DNA of 64,000 nt from a bacterium (GTDB lineage: Bacteria; SAR324; NAC60-12): the NCBI GenBank assembly GCA_965205865.1, contig CBDBHR010000027.1, forward strand, positions 160,001-224,000, written 5' to 3'. Position 1 is the first letter of the stretch. The number at the start of each line of letters is the position of its first letter. The translations under genes and the position numbers were made by a program. Below are positions 1-12,037 of this stretch, piece after piece. The notes below the pieces were generated by a model that had not been told where the DNA came from, did no database searches, and worked only from the letters and a program-made list of their open reading frames with translations.

Positions 1-1078
1 GGTTCAAAGGAGCCAGAACGATTGCCTGATTGAGCGAGAAATCCCCTTGGAGAAAATTCCTCAACTTAAAAAAAAGTGACGCCTGGAGAAAATAGGCCTG
101 CGCCTGTCGATCGATTTCCAAACTGCGTTCCAACCATGTCAAGGCTTCCTGAAACGCTCCCTGTTGAATCAGGAGGGTTGCATACTCCACCATGATTTGC
201 GCGTGCAGTGGATTGGATCGCAAAAGCGATTCCAGTATCTTTTTTGCCTCGTCCAATTTGCTTTGACGAAGCAGGATTTGCACGTGAATCAACTGATCAT
301 TCAATTTTTGGTAGTGGTCCGATTTTTCAAGCATCCGGAGGGCGGTTGTCCATTCCTGCCGGGCAAATAAAATTTTTAATCTTTCATGCCATGCTTCATA
401 GGAATTGGGATGTTTCTCCAGAAAACGATCTGTCAGGATTCTGGCATGGTAGTAATTGCCTTTTGCGGAATGTATTCGAATCCGTAGCAGCAGAATTTCC
501 TGATTTTCGGGTTCCAGCGCCAAACCCGCCTCCACAGCCTCTTGGGCAGGATCATATTCTTGCTGAACAAAGTGCAGGCGTGCCAGATGATAGAGAGCTT
601 CCACATATTGGGGTTCCCTGTTTAATCCTTCTTCAAGAGTGGCAATTGCATGTTCATTCTGACTGATTTTTTCATAAACCAGTGCCAGTCTCAAGTAGGT
701 AGAAAGAAGATCCGGCTGCAAACGGATGGCTGATTTGAAGGCATTGATTGCCACGCTATAGCGCTTTATACGAAATGAAATGTCACCCAGCACTTCATAG
801 AAAACACCGTTCGGAGGAGCAAGTCGCACTGCTTGTCTGATATGCTCTTCTGCCTTGACATAGTCTTGTTGTTCCAGAAAGGACAGCGCCAAACGATAAT
901 GCAAAGTGGCATCTTTGGGATTTTCTTCCAATAACTTACTTTGCGTTTCAATGTTGTTTCCCGCTTGTCTGTTTGCAGGAGGGAGATTCGCAATGGTCGA
1001 TTGGGAAGAACGACAGCCACTCAAAAGGACGAAAGCGCTACCTGCAAATATTAATGACTTGAAGAAGATGTTATGCAT
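1..1078 (-). CDS. TPR-repeat lipoprotein (3' end runs off window start)
   Basis: Not in ORF track. Manual minus-strand translation from ATG at 1078 gives MHNIFFKSLIFAGSAFVLLSGC (lipobox LSGC), then TPR-like repeats (e.g. ATLHYRLALSFLEQQDYVKAEEHIRQAVRLAP); the frame is open to position 1. Confidence 0.85.
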   Translation of the reverse strand, partial: MHNIFFKSLIFAGSAFVLLSGCRSSQSTIANLPPANRQAGNNIETQSKLLEENPKDATLHYRLALSFLEQQDYVKAEEHIRQAVRLAPPNGVFYEVLGDISFRIKRYSVAINAFKSAIRLQPDLLSTYLRLALVYEKISQNEHAIATLEEGLNREPQYVEALYHLARLHFVQQEYDPAQEAVEAGLALEPENQEILLLRIRIHSAKGNYYHARILTDRFLEKHPNSYEAWHERLKILFARQEWTTALRMLEKSDHYQKLNDQLIHVQILLRQSKLDEAKKILESLLRSNPLHAQIMVEYATLLIQQGAFQEALTWLERSLEIDRQAQAYFLQASLFFKLRNFLQGDFSLNQAIVLAPLN

Positions 1079-1111
1079 TGTATGACGAGCATTTGAAAAA
1101 AGTCGACGGTG

Positions 1112-1960
1112 TTACCTCGATGACGGAATAGAATAAGTGATTGATGGTCTGCTTTCATTGCCTCGGGAATCCACCAATCTTATTTGATAGAGAAAATCAT
1201 GTTTGGTTTTCATTTGAAAACCAATATAGAAAGGCTCAGCAACAGGATTCACATTGATAGGACGTTCCGGCCAGGACTGTCCCGGCAGGGTTTGGTAGAG
1301 GTTGACTCGGTAAAAAACAGGGCGTTGAGCAACTGATTTCTGGTTGGGAAAATAAAATTCAATTTTCTCTTGTAGAGGTTGCCAAGCAAAGCGCAGCAGT
1401 TGAATCCCTTCCAGGTTCGAGGGAAGCTGATCTGACAAATGCTCCAGTATCGGAAAAGAGTCAGTCGGCAACCAACTCCACAGTAGCACCGGAAGTGAGG
1501 GAAAATCCACGTATTGTGAGAAATGAATGGCCTGCGGCTCACTCAAATCTTCTCCTTCCAAATTTTGATGAGTGACAGTAAAAATATGAATTTTGAGTTC
1601 TTTTTGCAGAGATGACCGAAAATAGACACGTTGTCGCTCCACGACGAAATGACGTGACGGGAAGGGAAGGCTTTGGGTTCTCACCAACTCAGGTTGACAA
1701 GAGATACACTGGGGATCGAGTTCCATTTCTTCAATGAGAAATTGCTGCAGACCTGTTTCCTCAGGAACGGCCTTTTGCATCTTCCAGGAAAGACGGACAT
1801 GCTCTCCCCGTTGAATCGCTTCCAAACGAGCAAAAGTAGGAACCGGTTTGACCGGATGGGGTGGCGTACGGCGACCACATGCAGTCACGAGGATCAAACC
1901 AAAAAAAAACCCAAGAATAATAATTTTTGCGTAAACCCAGTGCAATCTCAGATCGACCAT
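1112..1960 (-). CDS. Putative lipoprotein, possibly fibronectin type III-like
   Basis: Hydrophobic signal ending LVTAC-GRRTPPHP; C-terminal YQIRLVDSRGNESRPS resembles an FN3 strand motif. Confidence 0.65.
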   Translation of the reverse strand: MVDLRLHWVYAKIIILGFFFGLILVTACGRRTPPHPVKPVPTFARLEAIQRGEHVRLSWKMQKAVPEETGLQQFLIEEMELDPQCISCQPELVRTQSLPFPSRHFVVERQRVYFRSSLQKELKIHIFTVTHQNLEGEDLSEPQAIHFSQYVDFPSLPVLLWSWLPTDSFPILEHLSDQLPSNLEGIQLLRFAWQPLQEKIEFYFPNQKSVAQRPVFYRVNLYQTLPGQSWPERPINVNPVAEPFYIGFQMKTKHDFLYQIRLVDSRGNESRPSITYSIPSSR

Positions 1961-2141
1961 TGCGGTGAAACGCTTAGAAATTTGTGAAAAAAATCATACG
2001 TACAAATGTCTTGGAATTGCCAACAATGAATTTGCCAAAACGATTTTTATATATTCCAATAGCTTGTCATTCTCAAGTTATTAGAGAAGAAAAAATGAAA
2101 TAATTCCTGTATGAGCAGTTCGTGAACTGATGCCAGATCAT

Positions 2142-2795
2142 TCACGCATCTTTTTTGATATAGAGGGGATTGACGATAGGAAAGTTGCCATTATAATGCT
2201 GATAGTAGTCACGACCAAGCTGCAATAGAGGATAGCCATCGGCAATGGCGTATTGCAAACCATGGAGGGGGAGTTGCTCAAAAAGGGCATCAGCAGAAGT
2301 TTTTCGAGTTACCAATCTTTTCAGCACGATCGTTTCTCCGGCTAGCCGCTCCCAAAGGGATTCGAGGATTGTCAATTGAATTTCCGTGTGTTGCTTCGGT
2401 TTGTGAGATTGATATTGAAAGCGAGCGTAAAACACTTCAGAACGGGCGCAGTTGAGCAGTACATAGAAGGGTTTTTTCGAGGGAGCTGCCATTGCCGCTA
2501 ACATCTCCAGAGATGTGATTCCAATCACGGGCTTCCGATAAATCTGCCCCAAAGTTTTTGCCACTCCCATGCCAATTCTCAGTCCCGTATAGGAGCCTGG
2601 GCCTTTGATGACCACGTAGCAATCGATTTGTCCCAATTCCATTTGTGCGTTTTCCAACAAACTTTGTAACGTTTGAAAAATCAGTTGCTCGCTTTGTCTG
2701 TTGCTGACGGAATAATAATTGGCAACTAATTCGTCATTTTTTGTCAAACTTATCCCCAGATAGAGAAAAGCTGTGTTCAGTGTGAGCATGTTCAT
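2142..2795 (-). CDS. tsaB: t6A biosynthesis protein TsaB
   Basis: GPGSYTGLRIG motif and PVIGITSLE; directly downstream of tsaE. Confidence 0.92.
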   Translation of the reverse strand: MNMLTLNTAFLYLGISLTKNDELVANYYSVSNRQSEQLIFQTLQSLLENAQMELGQIDCYVVIKGPGSYTGLRIGMGVAKTLGQIYRKPVIGITSLEMLAAMAAPSKKPFYVLLNCARSEVFYARFQYQSHKPKQHTEIQLTILESLWERLAGETIVLKRLVTRKTSADALFEQLPLHGLQYAIADGYPLLQLGRDYYQHYNGNFPIVNPLYIKKDA

Positions 2796-3255
2796 AGTGT
2801 ATGAGCGCTTTGAGTAAGGAATCGAAGGAGCCTTGCACCGGTTGAACTTCCACTATCCGAGTCTCGTCTGGCAAAGAATGCAAGGCCATCCATAGCTGTG
2901 GTTCGTTGGTCAGTAACGATCTGAGCAGTTCAGGCCATTCGACCAGGGTAATGCCATTCTCACTGATCAAATCGTCCCAGTCGAAATCCTCAAGATCCTC
3001 GGTAGAGGAGAGTCGAAAAAGATCCACATGATAAACTGGCCATAGTCCTTCGTAAATATTCACAAGAGTGTAAGTTGGAGAAATCACAACATCCGGATTT
3101 ACGCCCAAAGCCGCACAAATGCTTTTAGCCAGTCTGGTTTTTCCAGTACCAAGATCTCCTGACAATAACACGATAGACCCGGGTGTCAAATGGGTTCCAA
3201 TCAGCTTGCCAACGATTGCTGTTTCTTCTGGAGAATTCAGAATGAGCGAAACCAT
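2734..3255 (-). CDS. tsaE: t6A biosynthesis ATPase TsaE
   Basis: LSGDLGTGKT P-loop, SPTYTL, YHVDLFRL, VEW motifs; likely start is ATG at 3255. Confidence 0.92.
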   Translation of the reverse strand: MVSLILNSPEETAIVGKLIGTHLTPGSIVLLSGDLGTGKTRLAKSICAALGVNPDVVISPTYTLVNIYEGLWPVYHVDLFRLSSTEDLEDFDWDDLISENGITLVEWPELLRSLLTNEPQLWMALHSLPDETRIVEVQPVQGSFDSLLKALIHYEHAHTEHSFSLSGDKFDKK

Positions 3256-3486
3256 TGATTTTAAGCAGCGGAATATCTTAACTTTCAATTGAAAACATAC
3301 CAACCAAATATTTACTATGGCGTAGGAGGCTGAGAAATCTCAAGGCAAAGAATGAGAACGGTCCTCCATTTGCTGATAGTAGTTGCATCGCAACGACAAA
3401 TATTGTATTCCTTCAAAAATCCATGTATAGAATGGACTCGTGTTTGACTGGCAGAACAAGGAAATTCTCATGGCAGGATTTGATGT

Positions 3487-5262
3487 ATGAGATTCAGTGC
3501 CGATTTCATTGAAAAAGTGTTACAGGCAGCTGACATTTTGTCCGTTGTGTCAGACCGTGGTATTCAATTAAAGCGCATCGGCGCTAATTATAGAGCTCTT
3601 TGTCCGTTTCATACTGAAAAAACCCCCTCATTCAGCGTCAATCCGCAACGAGGCTTCTTTTATTGTTTTGGCTGCGGCAAAGGAGGCAATTCAATCCAAT
3701 TTGTCAGGGACTTTGACAAACTGTCTTTTATCGAGGCAGTCACTGAATTGGCAAATCGCTTTGGCATCCCTCTGGAAGAGAGCCTCTCGACCAAATCCAA
3801 ACCCGACGATCGAATACTGCAAGCACTGCGTCAAGCGTCAAAATTCTATCATTCATTTTTGCTGCAGCAAGCGAATACCTGTCCTGGTGGGGATTATTTG
3901 CAAAAACGAGTCATTCCTTTCAGCACCTGGCAAACATTTCAATTGGGATTTGTGCCGGATGAGTGGCAATTGCTGTTTTTGCATTTGAGAAAGCAAGGAT
4001 TCAGTCAAAAAGAACTCCTACAGGCAGGAGTGATTAAAATCTCTCAAAAATCCGAACGCCCTTATGATACGTTTCGCAATCGTATCATTTTTCCTATTCG
4101 AGATATCCAGGGGCGTTGTATTGGTTTTGGAGGCCGCTCTATCGTTGCGGAGCAGCCGCCAAAATATTTGAACAGCGCTGATACGAAATATTATCATAAA
4201 AGCCAAATCTTGTACGGCTTTTATGAAGGGAAAGATGCCATTAAACAAAAAAAACAACTGATCTTGGTAGAAGGCTACCTCGATGTGATCCGCCTTCATG
4301 AATATGGGCTTAAGCACGCCGTGGCCACTTGTGGAACATCATTGACAGCAGAGCATGTGAATTTTGCCCGGCGATATGCTGATAAAGCCATTCTACTACT
4401 CGACGGGGACCAGGCCGGGCAAGCAGCAGCTTGGAGAAGTTGCCCCTTGTTTTTGTCAAACAAAATGGACGCCAGCGTCGTCGTTTTACCTCCCGGAGAA
4501 GATCCTGATTCTTTTTTGCTGAATCAAGGAATTGAAAAACTTTCTGAATTATTACAACAGGATCATCCTGTATTTGAATATTTGGTACAGCAATGTCTTG
4601 TTAAACATGGTCGCAATGTGCAGGGTCGTATTAAAGCAATTGAGGAACTCTTGCCACTAATTGAAGCAATTCAGGACGAAATGACACGCAATTTGACCAT
4701 TTCATACTTGGCAGAATTGGTCCATATTAGTGAAAAGGATATTTTAAAAAAAGCAGCAAAAACTTTGCATCGTTCACTAAACCATGATAGAATACTCGAT
4801 CTGAATTCCGTTGCGCCTGCAGCCGCTGAAAATCGGGATGAAAAGAGGATTTTACAAGTATTGCTGCATCTCAGAACCCCCATTGCTCTCGTGCGGGAAT
4901 TTCTGCGTATCATTGAATTTCACACGCCACATTTCCGACAAATATATGAACAACTGCTCCAGTTTTCCACCGAGGAGTTTCAAAGAATTCGCATCGAAGA
5001 GTTAGAGCAGCAGTTCCCAGAGCTTTATGTTCGATTGATGGAGCTCTATATGGAAGAGCTGCCTCAGGATCTGGAAGAGGCCACTGACGAAGTTAGAGAA
5101 ATGGAGATCAAACGATGGATACGACGCATCAAAGAAGGGTATTTAAAAAGGGAGTACGATGAGAAGTACGCCATACTGCAAACCGATGAAGAGCGATTCC
5201 GCGCTGGGAGAGATTTTCGAAAACAGAAAGAAGCCATGGATCAATTTTTACCACAGCGATAA
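3487..5262 (+). CDS. dnaG: DNA primase
   Basis: [11 protein letters not shown]...CFGC zinc finger, PKYLNS, VEGYLD, DGDQAG TOPRIM motifs; upstream of rpoD. Confidence 0.98.
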   Translation: MRFSADFIEKVLQAADILSVVSDRGIQLKRIGANYRALCPFHTEKTPSFSVNPQRGFFYCFGCGKGGNSIQFVRDFDKLSFIEAVTELANRFGIPLEESLSTKSKPDDRILQALRQASKFYHSFLLQQANTCPGGDYLQKRVIPFSTWQTFQLGFVPDEWQLLFLHLRKQGFSQKELLQAGVIKISQKSERPYDTFRNRIIFPIRDIQGRCIGFGGRSIVAEQPPKYLNSADTKYYHKSQILYGFYEGKDAIKQKKQLILVEGYLDVIRLHEYGLKHAVATCGTSLTAEHVNFARRYADKAILLLDGDQAGQAAAWRSCPLFLSNKMDASVVVLPPGEDPDSFLLNQGIEKLSELLQQDHPVFEYLVQQCLVKHGRNVQGRIKAIEELLPLIEAIQDEMTRNLTISYLAELVHISEKDILKKAAKTLHRSLNHDRILDLNSVAPAAAENRDEKRILQVLLHLRTPIALVREFLRIIEFHTPHFRQIYEQLLQFSTEEFQRIRIEELEQQFPELYVRLMELYMEELPQDLEEATDEVREMEIKRWIRRIKEGYLKREYDEKYAILQTDEERFRAGRDFRKQKEAMDQFLPQR

Positions 5263-5288
5263 TTTCAAATTTCAGAAGAGAGATATCT

Positions 5289-7085
5289 ATGAGCAAACAG
5301 AGTGCGCAATCAATTGTTGACACGGCACCCACTCCGAAAAACCATGCAAAAATAATCAAAGACCTCATTGCTGAAGGAAAGGAAAAAGGATTTATCACGC
5401 TTGATGAAATCAATGCTCATTTAGGAGCCGATACTCCCAACGCGGATCAATTGGAGCGTATTTTTGATATTCTGGCTGAAATTGATATCGAGGTGGTCGA
5501 TTCCGCCAAAAATATCAGTCTGACCAAAGAGAAAAAAAGTTTTGAATTGGAAAACAAAGATGAGTTGGATCTGGAACCAGGTATTGATACTTCCACCGAT
5601 GACCCGGTGCGTATGTATTTACGGGAAATGGGAGGCATTGAACTCTTGAACCGAGATGGCGAAGTGGATGTTGCCAAGCGGATAGAAGAAGGGCAGTATG
5701 AATTGATTGCAATTTTTTCTCAATCGAATCTTGTGATCACTTATCTGTTTGAATTATCCAAAAAACTAAGGCAGAGCACCATGCGAGCGCGTCATATTGT
5801 TTCGGGGCTGGATGACGATGACAATGTGATTGAAGATGAAGCGGCTGCCGGTAAGCAACTGATTACAGTTTTGGCGAAAGCTCAAGACCATTATGAAGAA
5901 CTTCAGGCCATTCGTGCCAAGAGAAGCAGGTTAACCGACAAACAGAAGAAGAAAGCCAAGGAGTTGCGGGAGCAGATTGAGGGGTTGACGAAGAGCATCA
6001 ACTACAATTCCAGGCAGGTGGAAACCATGGGCAATGTGATGCTTAAGCATAAGGAAAAGATCGATCTCACTTATAAACAATTGCAATACTATAAAAAAAA
6101 TTTCCGCATTTCTCCTGCAGTGGCCAAATATCTTTTTAGTAGGTGGCTCAATACCACGAGCATTGATGAGAAAAACAGAATCTTGGAAATAATTGAAACG
6201 AAAAGCGGTTATGGTTTTAAAATCGCGCGACGCATTTTTGAAAAAATCCAAGCCTGCCAAAATCGAATCGACACCATGATTGAAGCAACCGCCCTCACTT
6301 GGCCTCAATTTAAAGAAGAAGTCAAACGCCTCAAGATTGCCGAGCGAAAGGTCAAGTTGGCTAAGAGCCAGTTGGTAGAAGCAAATTTACGATTGGTTAT
6401 CAGCATTGCTAAAAAGTACACCAACCGGGGATTGCAGTTCCTGGACCTCATCCAGGAAGGCAATATTGGACTCATGAAAGCAGTGGATAAATTTGAATAT
6501 CGGCGTGGTTACAAGTTCTCCACCTATGCCACTTGGTGGATTCGCCAATCGATTACCCGGGCTATTGCCGACCAGGCGCGCACTATCCGGATTCCCGTGC
6601 ATATGATCGAGACGATCAATAAGCTGTCCCGCACATCTCGGGCCTTGGTACAGGAATATGGTCGTGAACCGACTCCGGAAGAATTGGCAAAAAATATGGA
6701 CATGCCTCTCAATAAAGTACGCAAGGTGCTCAAAATCGCCAAGGAGCCTATTTCCCTGGATACTCCAATTGGGGATGACGAAGATTCACAATTGAAGGAT
6801 TTTATTGCTGATGAGAAGGCCAGCAATCCGGGAGATGCCTCCTCCTATTCCAATCTCAGCGAACTGACTCGCTATGCCTTGAGCACCCTGACACCTCGAG
6901 AAGAAAAAGTGCTGCGTATGCGTTTCGGTATTGATGAAAAAAAAGATCATACGTTGGAAGAAGTGGGGCAGGATTTTGACGTCACTCGGGAGCGCATCCG
7001 TCAAATTGAAGCCAAAGCGCTTCGCAAACTACGTCATCCAACTCGGAGCCGCCTATTGCGCTCCTTTTACGAAGGAGGACGTTGA
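5289..7085 (+). CDS. rpoD: Primary sigma factor RpoD
   Basis: Region 1.1, [51 protein letters not shown]. Confidence 0.98.
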   Translation: MSKQSAQSIVDTAPTPKNHAKIIKDLIAEGKEKGFITLDEINAHLGADTPNADQLERIFDILAEIDIEVVDSAKNISLTKEKKSFELENKDELDLEPGIDTSTDDPVRMYLREMGGIELLNRDGEVDVAKRIEEGQYELIAIFSQSNLVITYLFELSKKLRQSTMRARHIVSGLDDDDNVIEDEAAAGKQLITVLAKAQDHYEELQAIRAKRSRLTDKQKKKAKELREQIEGLTKSINYNSRQVETMGNVMLKHKEKIDLTYKQLQYYKKNFRISPAVAKYLFSRWLNTTSIDEKNRILEIIETKSGYGFKIARRIFEKIQACQNRIDTMIEATALTWPQFKEEVKRLKIAERKVKLAKSQLVEANLRLVISIAKKYTNRGLQFLDLIQEGNIGLMKAVDKFEYRRGYKFSTYATWWIRQSITRAIADQARTIRIPVHMIETINKLSRTSRALVQEYGREPTPEELAKNMDMPLNKVRKVLKIAKEPISLDTPIGDDEDSQLKDFIADEKASNPGDASSYSNLSELTRYALSTLTPREEKVLRMRFGIDEKKDHTLEEVGQDFDVTRERIRQIEAKALRKLRHPTRSRLLRSFYEGGR

Positions 7086-8777
7086 TTCGAGAGTCCGGAC
7101 AGCATTTGTTTCCAATTTGACCCATGAATTCCGTAAGGTAACGATCCGATTGAATACGGGGGCTTTGGGTTGGGAATCAACAGGGTCCACAAAGAAATAT
7201 CCTTCTCTTTCAAACTGGTAGCGATCTCCAGGTTTCGCATCTTGAAGGTTCCTTTCCAAATGGCCTTTCACGATTTGCAAAGAGTGAGGATTGAGCATGG
7301 CGGCGAGATCCGTGTTTCTTTCTGCCGGATTTTTACTAAGCAAGAGCCGGTCATATAGGCGCACCTCGGCCACAAAGGAGTAGCTTGCCGAAACCCAATG
7401 AATAACACCTTTGACATTGCGGCCTTTTGGTTTCTTTCCCAGGGTGTCCGGATCATAGATGCAACGTAATTCGGTTACGTCCCCATTTTCATCTTTGATC
7501 ACCCGGTCACAGCGGATCACGTATCCATAACGAAGTCGCACTTCTTTGCCATGGGAGAGGCGCTTATATTTGGGAGGTGGCACCTCAACAAAATCATTGC
7601 GATCGATATAGATTTCCCTGGTAAATGGAAGGATGCGAGTTCCCATCTTTTCATTGGTCGGATGAAATCGGGCTTCGAGTTCTTCTACTTGATCTTCCTG
7701 AAAATTCTCGATGACGACCTTCAAAGGGTGTAAGACCCCCAGCACACGAAACGATCTCTCTTCCAGGTTCTGACGAACGCAGTCTTCCAGAACATACATT
7801 TCCGTGAGGGACTCGCTTTTGGAAATGCCAATGCGCTGGCAAAAGTTTCGAATTGATTTCGGTGTGTAGCCCCTCCGGCGAAATCCAGCCAGAGTCCACA
7901 TTCTCGGATCGTCCCACCCTCGGACGTGTCCTTCTTCCACCAATGTGATCATCTTGCGTTTGCTCATCAGCGTGTGTTCCAAATAGAGTCTGGAAAACTC
8001 TATCTGACGAGGATGACAAGTCGTTGCCAGTTCATCCAGAAACCAATCATAGAGGGGACGGTGATCTTCAAATTCCAGAGTGCACAAAGAGTGGGTGATT
8101 CCTTCGATGGAATCGGAAAGGCAATGAGTGAAGTCGTACATGGGATAAATCACCCACACATCTCCGGTTTGATGGTGAGACATGCGTCGAATTCGATAGA
8201 TAGTCGGATCGCGCATATTAAGATTAGGGGATGCCATGTCGATTTTGGCACGCAGGACATGAGTGCCGTCTTGAAATTCACCGGCCCTCATACGTTCAAA
8301 CAGATCCAGATTTTTTGTCACGCTCCGATTGCGATCGGGGCTGTCTTTTCCAGGCTCTTGCAATGTTCCACGGTATTCGCGAATTTTGTCAGGGCTCAGA
8401 CTGCACACGTATGCTTTGCCTTTTTTGATGAGAGTTATCGCGTGGGCATAAAGCTGCTCAAAGTAAGCGGAGGCAAAACGCAATCGGTCCTCCCAATCAA
8501 AACCGAGCCATCGTATATCTTCTTTAATGGCTTCCACGTATTCCGTGCGCTCCATACCGGGGTTGGTGTCATCAAACCTCAAATAACACTGACCTCCGTT
8601 TTCGGCTGCCAGACCAAAATTCAAACAGATTGTTTTGGCATGTCCAATATGCAGGAAGCCGTTGGGTTCGGGTGGAAAACGAGTAATCACCCTACCTCCA
8701 TTTTTACCGGCTTTCACATCTTCATCAATGATATTCCTGATGAAATTAGTAGCAGCGACTGATTCAATCCTGTTCAT
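7053..8777 (-). CDS. glnS: Glutamine--tRNA ligase
   Basis: [17 protein letters not shown] (HIGH), LMSKRK (MSK), [16 protein letters not shown]. Confidence 0.97.
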   Translation of the reverse strand: MNRIESVAATNFIRNIIDEDVKAGKNGGRVITRFPPEPNGFLHIGHAKTICLNFGLAAENGGQCYLRFDDTNPGMERTEYVEAIKEDIRWLGFDWEDRLRFASAYFEQLYAHAITLIKKGKAYVCSLSPDKIREYRGTLQEPGKDSPDRNRSVTKNLDLFERMRAGEFQDGTHVLRAKIDMASPNLNMRDPTIYRIRRMSHHQTGDVWVIYPMYDFTHCLSDSIEGITHSLCTLEFEDHRPLYDWFLDELATTCHPRQIEFSRLYLEHTLMSKRKMITLVEEGHVRGWDDPRMWTLAGFRRRGYTPKSIRNFCQRIGISKSESLTEMYVLEDCVRQNLEERSFRVLGVLHPLKVVIENFQEDQVEELEARFHPTNEKMGTRILPFTREIYIDRNDFVEVPPPKYKRLSHGKEVRLRYGYVIRCDRVIKDENGDVTELRCIYDPDTLGKKPKGRNVKGVIHWVSASYSFVAEVRLYDRLLLSKNPAERNTDLAAMLNPHSLQIVKGHLERNLQDAKPGDRYQFEREGYFFVDPVDSQPKAPVFNRIVTLRNSWVKLETNAVRTLESTSSFVKGAQ

Positions 8778-9319
8778 GGTTTCAATCCTTTCATGACCCT
8801 GCTACAGCGCATCGTCTACAGAAGGTGAAAAATATTTTAGTCTATTCAGAAAATCAAACATGTCGTAAGACGGAGTTGAAGGGTTTTGTCAATTTAGAAT
8901 ATAAATTGTTGCATCTTATCCTATCCATGAAAAGATCTTTTTTCAAAATCCGCTTATTTTTCAAAATCGTGATATTTAAAAGCCCTAACTGGTCTCTATC
9001 ATTTCAATCTCAAGGAAAATATTGTAGATTACGAAGATATATGGCAAGTCCATACATGGGATTTGAGAAAGCAGTTCACGCGCAACCGATGAAGGCGTTA
9101 ACAGAGAACAAAAATTTGTAGTTTCTCATTTGCAGAAAAGCAGAGGTTGGGCGGAGAATCTCAATCATTACGCGATCTAAAATCGCTTGTGGTTCGTTTT
9201 TAAAAAATTCCGGGGAATAATTGTGGAGGGATTGGTCTCCGTTTTCGGGTCAGGAGGACATCTAACTGACGGGAGATTCAAATAGAAGTCTATTCAACCG
9301 TACGTGGGGAGAGAAATTT

Positions 9320-10078
9320 ATGAATTCATCCAATAAAGTTGCGATTATAACAGGAGGGGGCACGGGAATTGGTAAGCACAGCGCATTTGCCCTTTTGAGA
9401 GAAGGATACTGTGTTACTCTGGCAGGGCGCCGTAGAGATCCTCTGGAAACGGCCATGAAGGAAGCGGGATCAGCTGAATCACAAATGTTGGTGGTACCCA
9501 CGGATGTATCTGATCCGGCGTCCGTACAAGCTTTGTTTGCCAAAACGAAAGATCGCTTCGGCCGCATTGACGTGTTGTTCAATAACGCTGGGACTGGAGC
9601 ACCCTCCATCCCTATGGAAGATCTTAGTTATGAACAGTGGCAATCCGTCGTGGATATAAACCTGACCGGAACCTTTCTGTGTACACAGGAAGCATTCAAA
9701 TATATGAAAAACCAGCATCCCCAAGGAGGTCGTATTATCAATAACGGTTCTATCTCTTCACAAGTTCCGCGGCTGAATTCTGCTCCTTATACTGCCACCA
9801 AACATGGTATTGCGGGGCTGACCAAATCAACTGCCTTGGATGGTCGCAAATATGATATCGCATGCGGTCAAATCGACATTGGCAACGCCATGACGGACAT
9901 GGTAGCCAAAATGAAAGAAGGAGTTCTCCAGGCAAATGGATCCATTGCCGTGGAACCAACGATGGACCCGGAAAATGTGGCTCAGGCGGTGGTGTACATG
10001 GTCAATCTTTCCTTGGATACAAATGTACTTTTTATGACTGTGATGGCGACCAAAATGCCTTTTGTGGGACGAGGGTAA
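9320..10078 (+). CDS. Short-chain dehydrogenase/reductase
   Basis: [12 protein letters not shown] and YTATK catalytic motif. Confidence 0.92.
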   Translation: MNSSNKVAIITGGGTGIGKHSAFALLREGYCVTLAGRRRDPLETAMKEAGSAESQMLVVPTDVSDPASVQALFAKTKDRFGRIDVLFNNAGTGAPSIPMEDLSYEQWQSVVDINLTGTFLCTQEAFKYMKNQHPQGGRIINNGSISSQVPRLNSAPYTATKHGIAGLTKSTALDGRKYDIACGQIDIGNAMTDMVAKMKEGVLQANGSIAVEPTMDPENVAQAVVYMVNLSLDTNVLFMTVMATKMPFVGRG

Positions 10079-10212
10079 ATTTTAAATCTCAAAGGGTCTG
10101 ATTTTCTAAAACTGGCTGGGTTGAAAAAAAAGACAATCCTGAACATACCCTGCTACTTGACGCGGGATAGTTCATTACAATAAATAATCTCATTGATAAG
10201 AAGGAGAGTCTT

Positions 10213-10499
10213 TTGTTGAAAAAAATAATGGACTTCTTTTTTCCAGCCCCCCAACGACTTCCAGCCCCGGATTTTTTTTAAAAGTCCGCTGTGGAAAGTG
10301 CGAGGAAGAATTCAGTCTTTTTATTGATACGATCACGGGGCTGGCGCAAGATTTTGATTCATCAGGTAAAATTTCTTATATTTTAAATAAAGAAATCATC
10401 GGCAGTCGATGTCCCAATCGAATGCAAGTACGGATGGACTTTAATTCCAAACGGAAACTAATCTCCCGCAGCATCGAAGGGGGTGATTTCCTGGACTGA
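10213..10499 (+). pseudogene. Small Cys-containing hypothetical protein split by a -1 frameshift in a T-run
   Basis: RBS AAGGAG at 10201. Frame 0 from TTG 10213 (MLKKIMDFFF...) stops at TAA 10279-81. The -1 frame continues FLKVRCGKCEEEF...KEIIGSRCPNRMQVRMDFNSKRKLISRSIEGGDFLD to TGA 10497-99. Confidence 0.6.
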
Positions 10500-10964
10500 C
10501 GGACCTTAAACATTCCTTTCAACGTCCCGGTTAACCAGCGGTCTGCTCCATGAAGAATTTGAGGAGCGCTTGTTGCCGCAACACTGATTGGCATGGCCGG
10601 ATTTTCATATTCTTCCAAACTGGTTGTTTTATCCCAAGCTCGTTTTTTAGAACGGTTTTCCTTGTTTTTCCAACTATTTACAAACTGGGGAATATTTTAG
10701 AAATCCCGGAATTTTTATACGGTTCGGATTGTAGTAGAAACGTTTTTTGTGGCTATAGTTCCGGCTAGCCTCATTCTCACTGTTGACAATTTCCGGAGGC
10801 GGATCACTCTTGCCGCCTAAATTGCCACTGCAATTTACGCCTATCTCAAAATGGCCTCTTTGAAATTCTTCATTGAGATTTACAGCTCATATCCGTTGGT
10901 GAAAATTGAGACAGAAGTAACGAACAGAATAAAATTCTTTTTGATCGGCGATCGAATACCCTAC

Positions 10965-11576
10965 TCAAATCACAATTTGAAAAAAACCACCAAATTCTTG
11001 ATTTTTCATGGGTTCCAGCTCAATGATCTGCAATGGTACTTGTTCCGGCCGAAATCCTACGTTTTTATTTCGCGGATGATTCTTAAAATAAATCTGGCTT
11101 GTCAGGCGAGTTTTATCATTGATCCAAACTTTATAATGAATATGAGGTGGACGGCCGTAGTAATCGCCGGGGATCACTGTTTTGAAAAAATATATACCGT
11201 CCGTTTGCACTGTTGTTCTTCCCCAATACTGAAAATTCGGATCCCGCTGGCCCAACTTGGAGTCACCAGGATGGTTGTATTTGCCCTCCGGATCGGCCTG
11301 CCAGATTTCAACAATTGCGCCTTTTTGTGGATTACCTGTTTCGTCTACTAACGTTCCCCGTAAATTCAAAACATACCCTTTTGCTTTCCCGGTCTGACCA
11401 AAGACATGTATCAAATCAAAATCTTCATCATTTTGTCGCCGAATCGGATAATAAGGACCTTCCGCGTCCCAGGGAGTTTTGGGGTATTGGTTAGCTGCTG
11501 GGGTTTCCTTAGTTTGCAATAAAAACCCCATCAACGGGAATACCAGGATGGATTGGATCAAAGTTCGTCGTTTCAT
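10965..11576 (-). CDS. Intradiol ring-cleavage dioxygenase family protein (protocatechuate 3,4-dioxygenase-like), possible Tat signal
   Basis: EGPYYP, VEIWQADPEGKY, PGDYYGRPPHIHYKV; N-terminus MKRRTLIQ. Confidence 0.85.
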   Translation of the reverse strand: MKRRTLIQSILVFPLMGFLLQTKETPAANQYPKTPWDAEGPYYPIRRQNDEDFDLIHVFGQTGKAKGYVLNLRGTLVDETGNPQKGAIVEIWQADPEGKYNHPGDSKLGQRDPNFQYWGRTTVQTDGIYFFKTVIPGDYYGRPPHIHYKVWINDKTRLTSQIYFKNHPRNKNVGFRPEQVPLQIIELEPMKNQEFGGFFQIVI

Positions 11577-11807
11577 TTGAATCTCTTTTGTTTTCTGTGA
11601 ACCCATTGTTTAATTACAGAGAACTATCGTTGAATTAAATAATTCGCTCATTGCTTCCATAGACAGGCAGCCACGATTTTGTCTTTTTGGTAAGGTTGTG
11701 CTTGCTGGTCTTCCCACAAATTGTCCATATTGGCCTTGTTGAGAACTTTCCTTACAAAAAAGTTCCACGCGTTTTCTGATCATGACGAAACCGGAGACAT
11801 TCCTTAA

Positions 11808-12037
11808 CCAGAGTTCGAGATAAGAATTTAATAAATTCAATATGTTATGGAATCTTCATATCTTAGAGAAACCTTGTCATTCCTGCGAGATCCCTGCGTA
11901 CGCAGGGAAGGAATCCGGAGGTATGCAGCCATACTGAAATCCGGATCCCCGCTCCCCGCTTTCGCGGGGACAAGTTTCGCGAGGATGACATATACACTAG
12001 GATACTCATATTATTGAAGATTTATGTCGAACTCAGG
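11808..12037. mobile_element. 230-bp MITE-like element with terminal inverted repeats and 8-bp flanking direct repeat
   Basis: Left end CCAGAGTTCGAGATAA vs reverse-complemented right end CCTGAGTTCGACATAA (14/16); TTCCTTAA at 11800-11807 and 12038-12045. Confidence 0.7.
11875..11990. repeat. REP-like palindromic element (TGTCATTCCTGCG...CGCGAGGATGACA) with internal hairpin insertions
   Basis: Same termini as the copy at 15066-15135; extra palindromes TCCCTGCGTACGCAGGGA and CCCCGCTTTCGCGGGG inside. Confidence 0.75.

Noticed and set aside
164-1020. Track ORFs 164..370, 208..666 and 766..1020
   Set aside because: Antisense or out-of-frame shadows of the TPR lipoprotein gene on the minus strand.
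7926-8762. 278-aa plus-strand ORF
   Set aside because: Antisense shadow of glnS with no recognisable motifs.
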